Assembly (NCBI RefSeq): GCF_001194135.2
Contig: NC_068990.1
Coordinates: forward strand, 64,455,454-64,519,453
DNA: 64,000 bases
Direction of reading: 5' to 3'
Source: Octopus bimaculoides
Taxonomy: Eukaryota
The notes under the pieces are model-generated. The model did no database searches and was not told where the DNA came from. It worked only from the letters and a program-made list of their open reading frames with translations. Positions 24,421 through 36,929 of the stretch are shown piece by piece. Numbering within the stretch: the stretch's first letter is position 1; every line of letters starts with the position of its first letter. Both the position numbers and the translations under genes were made by a program.

Positions 24421-26440
24421 ACATGTGTTTCACACATACTTCTTTGAACTTTCTCTTTGATAGTTTCAATTGTTCAACTGTAGCCATACTGCAGCACTTG
24501 TCTTTTGAATATCCTAACCAAATATCTTCTATCTTTTATATAAATATCTGTCAACTGATAAGTGCTACAAAAAAAAAAATGACTGATTACCATTCATTTA
24601 TATGCAATTTTGGGGGTTAATAATTGAGGTTTAGCTCTATCAACAGTCTATCTTATCCTTAAAATATGCTTAATTGTTTTGTAACGTTCTGACCATCTCC
24701 TGTTTCCAGGTCTAGAATTACAAACCTTCCATGAGAGTAGAGAATCAAATAGTTGACATGAAAATCTTAAGATTGAACTGTGGTCTTCAAATATAAAATC
24801 TATTTGATGCCGGAAAATGCTGAAGCCTTCCCAAGAACCACTATACATTACATATAACTAGAGCCAAAGATGGAACTTCTTCATGGTTATTTGATCTGCT
24901 TAAGTTAGCAGCCATATTCAATTCAAATCACACCCAGCTGTCTTTTGAGAATACTACATTTAGTCTTAGATAGAGTATTTTGGGGAGAAAAAAACAAAGA
25001 TAATTTTGATGGAGTTGACTAGCTAAACAGCATCATTACATTACTCCATATTTCATAAAATACTTCAGTAACCTTTGACATCAGCAATCCCTTATCATCA
25101 AGGCAAGCAACTACACTAACTCACTTGCCAGTTGATTTACTGTTTCACTGACGCAAACTAGTATTTCCTACTGAAAGTTTGGAACTGTCATAAAACTTCT
25201 TAAACACTTTCTGATCTGTAAGGAAACGTTAGGTTTTGTTCATTGGTGCAGCACGTGTTGACTAATTAATGAGGCTGGTGATTGTTACAATTCTAGCACT
25301 CACCTTCTCTTCTTAACTATTTGCTTGTGAAACATTGAGATTTTGAATCATTTTGTTATTGCTCTCCACTCTTCTATTTTGTGAAATCATCTTTTTCAAA
25401 GCGTGACCTGTCACAACACACATGCATGAGTGCACATGCACGCATGTGCACACACGCACGCACACACACACACACACACACACTGTGATTCATACAAATA
25501 CACAGCTATACAAAATCACATTGATAAGAAAAGGAAAAAACAGCTCAGTCAAATATTTTCTATAAACATACAGTCTTACGTGCAGACATAGACTTTATCC
25601 AAAAGACTTATCAACTCTCACATATTATACATTTAAATATTCAGTTTGATAATATCTTTGACAAAACATGACAGGACACATATGTACACCATAACACACG
25701 TGTGCACCATGACAAATCATGAAATATACATGTGCATGTATTTATAACATAATACATACATGCACATGTATGATATGATACATGCACATATTTGTACATA
25801 CTAATAAGATTCTGAGACATACACCACTCGCATACATGGCCCATTCAAACAGAAATAAACAAATATACAAGTTCATACATGCAGACATAACATATCAGTC
25901 CTTGATCTGTATGCCTAAATCTATAGACCTCTGTATTTAACACTTACTGACTCTACTTATTATATACCCAGACATCTAATGTGAAAGTGTGTTTGATTCT
26001 CGATGTGGTACATACTCAGTCATGCAACATGATTAACCTGTCTGCAACACTCAACACACCCAACACAACTTGTAAATTTATTTATAGGTCATATATTGAG
26101 ATCAGAGAATCTTGTCATATTTTCTAACTTTAGCCTCAATAACATCATTTATGCCATTACCCTATCTACTCTAATTTTACTATGTATTTCTTTTCTGCAT
26201 TTAACCTACTATGCTAGAACTTTCAGATTTTATATATTTGATCCCTTTATGGTGGTGAGGTTGGCTGATGTTTTAAAGACCCACTTTACTTTCTGCTCAC
26301 AACACATGTCAAGAGACAATCCCTAGCTAAATATATATCTACTTCTTTCCCTTCAGGCTCCAATTCTCATTGTGTTTATATTAAAGTATGAGATAAGCTG
26401 AGACTTGTTTGCGGAACAGTACTTATTTTGTGTGCCTTTA

Positions 26441-26549
<109 letters not shown>

Positions 26550-27150
26550 CCCCACACACACACACACGGAAATGCTGGAGCACTACTAAAGGCTTTGCCT
26601 TAATGTTATATGTCATAGGCAGGTTCGCCTGCTGGCAGTGTCGATCCTTCTCCGAGCTATTTAAAATACAAAATGTGTTAAATGACTGAATAAGGAATTA
26701 AACCTGTTTTGCTAACTAGCTTTCACTAGTTTTGCTCAAGATTCGATTTTACTTTGTTGTACTTCCATGCACAAGTCTTCCTAAGGAAGGGAAAGGGTCA
26801 GGAAAGACAACTTGAACAAGTTTATTTACTTACACTTAATACATCTGAAGAGGAATTAGCATTGGAGAAACCAAATGATTAACCAATTCAGTGGTGGTTC
26901 ATAGAACTAAAAACTGAGTAGTCAGGTTCTTTATGTTGTTGAATGTGTTTTTATTATGCTATAATTGGTTATCATTTTAGAATATCATCAGTTTGATCCT
27001 GAAAATTAAAGTCAAATAGTGTGTGTATATGTTCTGTATGCCTTATACCTATGGATTGATAGATTTCTTGTTAAATAGACTAAATGACATGTATCATTAA
27101 ACATCAATAAACTAATCTAATTTTGGATTTCTTTCACCTTGTCATTGCAG

Positions 27151-27320
27151 TGAAGTGCAGAAAGCAGTTCACACTGCACAGGGTTTATACATGAGATGGT
27201 GTGAGCTGCAGGAAGATCTTGGCTCCATTACAAAGGAGGAACTCGATTGGACAACCAATGAACTGCGCAACAGCCTTCGTAGTATTGAATGGGACCTTGA
27301 AGACCTAGAAGAAACGATAG
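27151..27320 (+). CDS. STX6: Syntaxin 6 coding exon 2 (Habc N-terminal domain), 170 nt
   Basis: Encodes (x)[56 protein letters not shown](G), matching the STX6/STX10 N-terminus (EVQKAVNTAQGL..RW..L...[25 protein letters not shown]). Acceptor ttgcAG ends at 27150 (phase 2). Followed by ATATCCTTT. The 170-nt length and phases agree with vertebrate STX6 exon 2 as I recall it. Confidence 0.97.
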
Positions 27321-28139
27321 ATATCCTTTGTCTGTAACTGATTTTGCAATCATTCTATCAGTATATAACACACACACATATGGTACTGAACATTTCATTT
27401 CTTTATTCTTTCAGCCTTTGTGTCATCTTTCTTATGTAATACTTCCTACAGCTAGACCCATAATTTAATTGTATGTTTATATAGCCACATAATAAAAATG
27501 CACTTGTATACACAACTCTTTGCACATATTTGTCCAACAAAAAACCTTGCAAACTCACTTACTGTAGCACTGGAACTCTCTCTGACCTACATTCTATTAA
27601 CTTTGCGTTATTTCCTCAATTTTCTCCCGCTTCCTATCTGATCTCTAGCCAACCATACTTTTTTTCTTATAAGCAGGATATGGCAACATAACTACCATCA
27701 ACAGAACAGAAAAAGAAAAAAAAAAAACAGTCACTACACTTATTAAGGAAACCAGTTTGCAAACTTACACTCTCCTAACTCAAGCACCACACAGCTGAAA
27801 GCCTCAAACTTGCAATAGAATAGAGACCTCACTTTTTTTCAAATGTTAGATCTCCTCATCAAGGCTGGAAATTACTTTATCTTTGAACAGCTAATATACT
27901 TTACAAAGTACATTTGTGACCTGTCTAAGATTATTGCATATAGACCAGGGAAATTGATACACATTCACAGATATGACTCAGATCTCCTAAATAAGGAACT
28001 TATAAAGTTTATCAACAAGCCTTCACCCATTATTACACTGTTGTGCTCCCTCTACTTTCTGTCCCTTTCAATGACTAGCAAGCTGTATGCCTCTCCCATC
28101 CAAGTTTACCTAATATATATATATATATATTAGAAAGCA

Positions 28140-29165
28140 CCTGCCCCTACTGATGACAAAGGGCCTCTCTCTCAGAGTGAAAGGTAGCTTGTATGATGCA
28201 TGTGTGTGAACTGCCATGCTACATGGCAGTGAAACATGGTCCTTGACTGCTGAAGACATGTGTAGGCTTGAAATAAATTAAGGTAGTATGATCTGCTGGA
28301 TGTGTAATGTCAGTGTGCGCACACAGCAGAGTGTATGTGCCCTGAGAAAAATGCAGGACAAAAGAAGCATCAGATTTGGTGTGCAAGATAGACGATTGCG
28401 CTGGTATGGTCATGTGCTGCGTATGGATGAGGAGAGCTTTGAAGAAGTGGAAGGACCCATGAAAAAGGGAGACACAGGAAAATATAGGATGAGATGCTGA
28501 AGCATGATGATTGAACAATGGGCCTCACGGAGGCAATGACGAAAGACCAAGACCTCTGGAGATATGCTGTGATTGAGAAGACCTAGCAAGTAAAGGGAGA
28601 TCACAGCTGTAGCCTACACCAGTGTCGCATAGCCAGCCCATTTAAAAAGTACCTTTGAATCATCGGGCGACATTCTGAGCTTCAGGAAATGTATTGAGTC
28701 AAGTAAAATCAAAATCAAATCACAATCAAATGGAAATTAAATTTGTGGCCGATGCAAGTACCACCTGGCTGGCTCCCATGCTGTTGGCACGCGATAAGCA
28801 CCATTCATGCGTGGGTCATTACCAGTGCCGCATGACTGGCTCCCCATGCTGGTGGTACTTAAAAATCACCATCCAAATGTGGTCTATGCCAGCCCCCACT
28901 CCGCTCCAATTGGCTCCTGTGCCAGTAGCACGTAAAAAAGCACCATCCAAACGTTGCCGATGCCAGTGCCGCCTGACTGCCTCCCATGCCAGTGGAATGT
29001 AAAAAGCCCCCACTACACTCTTGTAGTGGTTGGCCTTAGGAAGGGCATCCAGCTGTAGAAACATTCCCAGATCAGATTAGAGCCTGGTGCAGCCTCCTGG
29101 CTTGTCAGTCCCCAGTCAAACCGTCCGACCCATGCCAGCATGGAAAACGGATGTTGAAAAATGAT
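28140..29165 (+). mobile_element. RTE LINE 3' portion (decayed ORF end plus 3'UTR)
   Basis: KGLSLRVKGSLYDACV*TAMLHGSETW...RRLRWYGHVLRMDEE; the tail matches other RTE 3'UTR copies. Confidence 0.85.
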
Positions 29166-29166
29166 G

Positions 29167-29206
<40 letters not shown>

Positions 29207-30011
29207 TATACATATATATATTTGATATATATATATATANNNNNNNNNNNNNNNNNNNNNNNNNNNNNNNNNNNNNNNNNNNNNNNNNNNNNNNNNNNNN
29301 NNNNNNNNNNNNNNNNNNNNNNNNNNNNNNNNNNNNNNNNNNNNNNNNNNNNNNNNNNNNNNNNNNNNNNNNNNNNNNNNNNNNNNNNNNNNNNNNNNNN
29401 NNNNNNNNNNNNNNNNNNNNNNNNNNNNNNNNNNNNNNNNNNNNNNNNNNNNNNNNNNNNNNNNNNNNNNNNNNNNNNNNNNNNNNNNNNNNNNNNNNNN
29501 NNNNNNNNNNNNNNNNNNNNNNNNNNNNNNNNNNNNNNNNNNNNNNNNNNNNNNNNNNNNNNNNNNNNNNNNNNNNNNNNNNNNNNNNNNNNNNNNNNNN
29601 NNNNNNNNNNNNNNNNNNNNNNNNNNNNNNNNNNNNNNNNNNNNNNNNNNNNNNNNNNNNNNNNNNNNNNNNNNNNNNNNNNNNNNNNNNNNNNNNNNNN
29701 NNNNNNNNNNNNNNNNNNNNNNNNNNNNNNNNNNNNNNNNNNNNNNNNNNNNNNNNNNNNNNNNNNNNNNNNNNNNNNNNNNNNNNNNNNNNNNNNNNNN
29801 NNNNNNNNNNNNNNNNNNNNNNNNNNNNNNNNNNNNNNNNNNNNNNNNNNNNNNNNNNNNNNNNNNNNNNNNNNNNNNNNNNNNNNNNNNNNNNNNNNNN
29901 NNNNNNNNNNNNNNNNNNNNNNNNNNNNNNNNNNNNNNNNNNNNNNNNNNNNNNNNNNNNNNNNNNNNNNNNNNNNNNNNNNNNNNNNNNNNNNNNNNNN
30001 NNNNNNNNNNT

Positions 30012-30053
<42 letters not shown>

Positions 30054-30570
30054 ATATATATTATATATATAAGCAAGGCGTAGTTATATAATATTTTCCG
30101 ATACAAGCTATGTTTCCTGATTTGTCTCATAGTCTATATGGCACACAATTTCTCAGCAAAATTTACGCACTCACACACACACCTACTTTTAGCAACCATA
30201 GATTAGAAGAGATTATTTTTAATCCTTTGGTGAAGGTTAATCTGAAAATCTGAATCCTGAAAGATTAAATATGTGTGCTATAGAAAACCTTGTGAACTTT
30301 CTTGACAAATAGAAGGCATTTTTTATTTTAGTAATTTCGTTATTGTTGGGTATTCTCTGGTTAGAACTGATGTCTTTGAGACATCTTTTGAAACCAATTC
30401 CATCGATCAGTGTTATCATAACCATCTTCCTTTCTTGTGTTTTGTCTCTTTTTGTGGTTTAGTTCACTAGGGATTAATTATGTTACACTTAATGATGTTA
30501 TGTCATATTTATAGTGATTATCTTGCTGTTCTTATCTGCTCATTCTTTGATCCTCATCAGAATATATATA

Positions 30571-30622
<52 letters not shown>

Positions 30623-31062
30623 AACTGGTTGAAATTTTGCAGTCNNNNNNNNNNNNNNNNNNNNNNNNNNNNNNNNNNNNNNNNNNNNNNNNNNNNNNNN
30701 NNNNNNNNNNNNNNNNNNNNNNNNNNNNNNNNNNNNNNNNNNNNNNNNNNNNNNNNNNNNNNNNNNNNNNNNNNNNNNNNNNNNNNNNNNNNNNNNNNNN
30801 NNNNNNNNNNNNNNNNNNNNNNNNNNNNNNNNNNNNNNNNNNNNNNNNNNNNNNNNNNNATATATATATATATAAATCAAATAAGTGACAAATATGTCAT
30901 GGTATTAATGCCTTGACATCCTTGTTACTTATTTGATTTTTATTCACCTTACTTCGAGCTGTGTGGATAATACCAGATTGACTTGGTTCCTCAACTTAAG
31001 TACCTTATTCAACTGAATCTTAATCATTTCTTTATATATATACGCATACAGAAACACACACA

Positions 31063-32063
31063 CAGGATGCGATGGGTAAATTGTCGCCACTTTATATCTT
31101 TAATTTCGTGCATGCACATAGTTTGTTTTTGATGGGTACCATCTGTGAGAAAAAAAAGCACCATGACGCAATTCACCCTGCCAGAAATTTGGAAATGACA
31201 TGCTGTACTACTTGGCATTTGCACCGGAAGCTCCAATACAAACATTTCAGAGTGCTTTGGGTATCAATCTGAGAACAGTGCAGAGAAGTTAAGAAGATTT
31301 GGATGAGTCTAATGGTAATTACGAAGGTACAGCAGCTCGGAAAACTCACTCTGATCATTCTGATAAGAAAAGAACTGAATTTTTTGGTGAGATCCAGGCC
31401 ACGATTGACAATGATCCCTCAAAATCAATCAGGTTCATCACCAGGGACATAAGTGCGTCTGAGTTTCTTATCAGACAGGTAGTGCATGAAGACATTCGGT
31501 ATTCCTCAAGCAAGATGCCAATTTTCTTCCCAAGCCATTAAGGACAAGAGGAAAGACCACACTACAAAGGTTTTGAACAAACTCAAGCATCTCCTCCAAC
31601 TAAACATGCTTTGGTTTTTCTCAGATGAGAGAAATTTCTGCCAGAATCAGATGGTGAATATGCAGAACAACCGTTGGCTTGTCGTGTCCCCAAAACATGT
31701 ACCGCGAGTGATAAAAATCAAACATCCAGTCAACATCATGGTGTTTGGAGTGATCACTAGGGAGGGCAATGTTATGCCTCCCTTCATTGTCCCACATGGC
31801 CTCACACTTAACACAGTGGCCTACATCAAGTGCCTGGAGGAGGTAGTCCTTAAGCAAGGAGACCATTCAGAAGAGCTGCAGGAGATTGCGAAGTCATCTG
31901 GAGGCCGTGGTTGAAGCCAATGGCGATTTTATTGAACAAATTTATGCTTTAGTATTTCAATATATTTTTCATGTCATTTTGGTAAATATATCTGTTAAAA
32001 TGACATGTCAGTGTTATTTTCATTTTTGCATAATTTAGACAACAATTTCTTCACCACACCCTA
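31063..32063 (+). mobile_element. Tc1/mariner superfamily element, maT (DD37D)-like, internally deleted
   Basis: WFFSDERNFCQNQMVNMQNNRW...KHPVNIMVFGVIT.EG.VMPPFI.P.GL..N...Y...LEEVV. Imperfect TIRs CAGGATGCGATGGGTAAATTGTCGCC and GACAACAATTTCTTCACCACACCCTA. Confidence 0.8.
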
Positions 32064-32751
32064 TATATGTATATATANNNNNNNNNNNNNNNNNNNNNNN
32101 NNNNNNNNNNNNNNNNNNNNNNNNNNNNNNNNNTATATATATATATATATATATCATTGACAGCATTTAATGTCCCTTTTCCATGCTGGTATGGGTTGGG
32201 AAGTTTAACAGGAACTGGCCACACCAGGTTCCATAGTCTGTTTGGTTTGGTTTCTACAGTTGCATGCTCTTCCTAATGCTAACCACTTTACAGAGAGTAG
32301 TGGATGCTTTTTATGTGGTACCATCACCAGTGACACACACACACACATAGATATATAAAGTATGGGCATTGCAACTGAGAATGACTTGGTGGGCTTTCAT
32401 TAATTGCATTAGGGGAACAGGTAGTCACAACCAGACACAGACATCCCCTTGGCTCTCCTACTTTTGACTCAGCAAATAAAGAGAGCACTGCACTAGTCTA
32501 GGCTGATACTTTATTGATCTCAAAAAAGGATTAAATACAAAGTTGGTCTTGGCAGGATTTGAAAATCAAGTGCTATTAGCTGGTGCAAATATTGCAATGC
32601 TCCAATTTCTCCACCAGTCAATCACACACACATACATATACACACGTCATGAGAGAAGACCTAAGCTTTGGCACCCAGTCACAGAAGATGGAAAAAACTG
32701 GTTTACAACATAACTGCATCCCTCTAACTCCATCAAGAGTCAACAAAGAAG

Positions 32752-33190
32752 GGAATGCATGGCTGTCTGGTAAGAAGCTTGCTTCCTAACCACATGGTGC
32801 TGGGTTCAGTCCCAATGTTTGGCACCTTGGGCAAGTGTCTTCTACTATAACCTCAGGCCAACAAAAGCCTTGTAAGTGGATTTGGTAGATGGAAACTGAA
32901 AGATGCCCATTGTATATATGTGTGTGTTTGTGTGTATCTGTGTGTGTGTGTCTTTGTGTGTATCTGTATGTGTTTATTATATTGTGTCTGTGTTGTCCCT
33001 CATCATCGCTTGATGACCAGTGTTCGTTTGTTTACATCCCCGTAATGTAGTAGTTTGGCAGAAAGACCCAATGAGTAAGTACTAGACTTAAAAGTAAGTC
33101 CTGGAGTGGAATTATCTGACAAAAAACACTTCAAGGCGATGCTCCAGCATGGTCACAATGAAATGACTGAAACAAGTAAAAGAAAAGAGT
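32752..33190 (+). mobile_element. SINE family A, near full length
   Basis: Same head, core and (AAAGAGT)-type tail as the 7513-7962 copy. Confidence 0.8.
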
Positions 33191-33199
33191 AAAAGAATA

Positions 33200-34782
33200 T
33201 AAGAATAGAGTGGAGTAAGTTCAAAGAGCGATTACCTCTGGTGGCAACAAAAGGATTCTCTCTCAGAGTGAAAGGTAGACTGTATGATGCTTGTGTGTGA
33301 ACAGCTATATTCCATGGTAGTAAGACATGGGCTCTGAATGTAGAAGACATGCATAGGCTGGAGAGAAATGAAGGCAGTATGCTCTGTTGGATGTGCAACA
33401 TCAGTGTACATGTACAACAAAGTGCAAATGTATTGAAAGAAAAGTTGGGCATAAGAGGAATCAAATGTGGCATAGATGAGAGAAGACTATGTTGGTTTGG
33501 ACATGGGATGCATATGAATGAGGACATCTGCATAAAGAAGTTCTGATCACTGAAAGTGGATGGTACTCGCAGAAGAGGGAGTCCCAGAAGACATGGGATG
33601 AAGTGGTAAGGACCAATCTCAGGATGGTGGGTCTCACAGAGGAAATGACAATGGACCGAGATATCTAATGATATGAGGTTCTTGAGAAGATCCACCCATG
33701 TCAGCGAAACTGAGTTCTAGAAGCACTGTGTATTCCTTCCATATGTAACAAGAAAGCTTTTCACACACCCTACTCCAACAAACCAAACTATATCTCTACA
33801 ACTCTTCTCTTTTTCACATTTCTTCTTTCATGGACTATGCTTACCTCCCCAATCCTGTTGTCTTGGCTTTGTTTCACTGTATTATTGCTCTCTGATAGCC
33901 CCCAACCTGTGTGTTCCATCCATCCGTAACAAGAAAACTTTTCACAAACCCTACCCCAACAAACCAAACTACATCACTGCATCTTCACATTTCTTCCTTC
34001 ATGCACTATGCTTACCTCTCACTCCTCAGTCCTGTCCTCATAACCCTGTTTCTCTGTATCATTACTATCTGGTAGCCCCCCCCCCTCCACTTTATATACC
34101 CAGGTTTTCACCACTCCCTGCACTCCCTTCCCCGCTCTCTAATCATGCTTCAAACCTCAAGAGTATGCCCTGACACTTGCCACCATCTATATCTCTCTCT
34201 TCCTTTACTATCCCATGTGTATATTCGATTATCCCATGTGTATGCTGATTCCCATCCCTTGTGAGTACACCCGGCACTTTGCCTCAGTCTCTATCCTGCT
34301 GTCTCTTACTCTTTCTTTCCTACTGCTATTTCCTCAGGTTGGGTATCCATGTATCTCCTTTATGGCAGCATACCTGTTTCTGTCCTCATTCCTGATATCC
34401 CTCTCTCTTACCTTCTACCTCTCCTACAATAGCCTCTCTCTGTTTTACTATAACCTTTCATCATCTGACACAAGATCACTTCTTTCAGTGTCTCCCTCTC
34501 CTCTCAAAAGGTTTTTTATCTTGCAAGTTACTTGGTGACCCTGTCAGTGCAGGTGCCACTTAAAATGCATCCAGTCCACACTGTAAAGTGGATGACATTT
34601 GAAAGGGCATCCAACTGTAAAAACCTTGCCAAAACTGACCTCGGCTGTGTTTGTGCCATGTAATAAGCACTCAGTCCGCTCTGTTGGGTGGTTGGTGTTA
34701 GGAAGGGCATCCAGCTGTAAAAATCCTATCATCCCACCCATACCAACATGGAAGGCGGACGTTAAACAATGATGATGATGAT
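33200..34782 (+). mobile_element. RTE LINE 3' portion with a long pyrimidine-rich 3'UTR and (GAT)n tail
   Basis: MHRLERNEGSMLCWMCNISV...LKEKLGIRGIKCGIDERRLCWFGHGMHM. Contains an internal tandem duplication of about 180 bp (33743-34080) and ends ggcggacgttaaacaatgatgatgatg. Confidence 0.85.
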
Positions 34783-36929
34783 ATATATATATATATATAT
34801 ATATGTATAAGCAACTTATGGAATCTAATGAAGTACCATGTAATTGTTTATCTTTGACAATTCTGTATGTTGCCTATTATTTGAAGTGGTTAGCCAAATC
34901 TGGATTATTTCAGAGTGCTAATAAGGCATCTGCCTGGACTCCAAATCCCCAGCTCTTNNNNNNNNNNNNNNNNNNNNNNNNNNNNNNNNNNNNNNNNNNN
35001 NNNNNNNNNNNNNNNNNNNNNNNNNNNNNNNNNNNNNNNNNNNNNNNNNNNNNNNNNNNNNNNNNNNNNNNNNNNNNNNNNNNNNNNNNNNNNNNNNNNN
35101 NNNNNNNNNNNNNNNNNNNNNNNNNNNNNNNNNNNNNNNNNNNNNNNNNNNNNNNNNNNNNNNNNNNNNNNNNNNNNNNNNNNNNNNNNNNNNNNNNNNN
35201 NNNNNNNNNNNNNNNNNNNNNNNNNNNNNNNNNNNNNNNNNNNNNNNNNNNNNNNNNNNNNNNNNNNNNNNNNNNNNNNNNNNNNNNNNNNNNNNNNNNN
35301 NNNNNNNNNNNNNNNNNNNNNNNNNNNNNNNNNNNNNNNNNNNNNNNNNNNNNNNNNNNNNNNNNNNNNNNNNNNNNNNNNNNNNNNNNNNNNNNNNNNN
35401 NNNNNNNNNNNNNNNNNNNNNNNNNNNNNNNNNNNNNNNNNNNNNNNNNNNNNNNNNNNNNNNNNNNNNNNNNNNNNNNNNNNNNNNNNNNNNNNNNNNN
35501 NNNNNNNNNNNNNNNNNNNNNNNNNNNNNNNNNNNNNNNNNNNNNNNNNNNNNNNNNNNNNNNNNNNNNNNNNNNNNNNNNNNNNNNNNNNNNNNNNNNN
35601 NNNNNNNNNNNNNNNNNNNNNNNNNNNNNNNNNNNNNNNNNNNNNNNNNNNNNNNNNNNNNNNNNNNNNNNNNNNNNNNNNNNNNNNNNNNNNNNNNNNN
35701 NNNNNNNNNNNNNNNNNNNNNNNNNNNNNNNNNNNNNNNNNNNNNNNNNNNNNNNNNNNNNNNNNNNNNNNNNNNNNNNNNNNNNNNNNNNNNNNNNNNN
35801 NNNNNNNNNNNNNNNNNNNNNNNNNNNNNNNNNNNNNNNNNNNNNNNNNNNNNNNNNNNNNNNNNNNNNNNNNNNNNNNNNNNNNNNNNNNNNNNNNNNN
35901 NNNNNNTTTTTTTTTTTTTTTTTTTTTTATTTATTTGAAAAATGATTGGTAGAGTGAGTCACTGGTAAACTTTCATTGGCATTGTAGCTGTTTTAATGTA
36001 GTTTCTTAAGCCGGAAGTTTAATATTACTACCAAATCCCTACGGAATCAATGCAATGTCCCTTGACTTTCAAGCAATCAGACTCTTTAATTCTTTTTGGC
36101 ATTAGACAACTCTGTATTAGAGATTCTATTAAGGACATAGTGTTTTTAAATGTTGTTGTTACTGGTGTTGCTGTTGTTGTTATTGTAGTTGTTGTTCGTT
36201 GTAATGCAATTCATGCTGGTGTTGGTGGAAGTGGTAAGACAGTTACTGTTAATGGTGGTGGTTGTGATAATACAGTACTGCGGTTGGTGGTGGTTGCAGT
36301 AAAATAGTTTTGTTGAGGTGATGGTTGTGGTGGTATACTACAGTATTGTTGAGGTGTTGGTACATTACTGTTGATGATGGTGGTAGTGCAGCAACTATTG
36401 ATGGTGGTAGCAGAGGTGCAGCAGCTGTTGCTGCTGGTGATGCTGCTTTTGTTATTACTCTTGTTGCCTCGTTTTTTTTTCTTTTCTCTTATATAATTTT
36501 TGGTTTTTTTTTCTCTTTTCTAATTTCCTTCTATTTATTTCCCTCTAAATCATTTCTTTATTTCCTTCAAATCATTTCTTTCTTTATTTCTCTCTATTCT
36601 TTTTTTCATACCTCTTTGCCCTCCATTTTCTCAGATTCCCATTATTTTTTTCATCCATTTATTCTATATTTTATAATTTGAAATTGACTCAATCTTTTCT
36701 TTACTTGCTGTAATTTTTACTGTTTTAACTTAGGTTTCATTTGCATATCTTGGCACATCTCATGCATTTGATGCACACTGCACCAGGCTTTGTGACATGA
36801 AGTGCATATTTACAGCAGTTGAATACAGTGATGCGTTTCAATCACTGAAGGTCTGTGTGACATTTCATAGAAGCAGTTTGAAGATTGTGTAACATGTAAT
36901 GTACATGTTATATAACTGAATACATATAT

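Noticed and set aside
26589-26632. Two short hairpins (AAGGC-ttt-GCCTT and GCAGG-ttcg-CCTGC) in a CpG-containing patch
   Set aside because: 5-bp stems arise by chance, and there are no snRNA, snoRNA or promoter motifs to support an ncRNA call.
29105-35952. Long ORFs of 289-380 aa spanning N runs (also 16418-17539, 3693-4196 and 30514-30916)
   Set aside because: They are open only because of Ns and TA/TG microsatellites.
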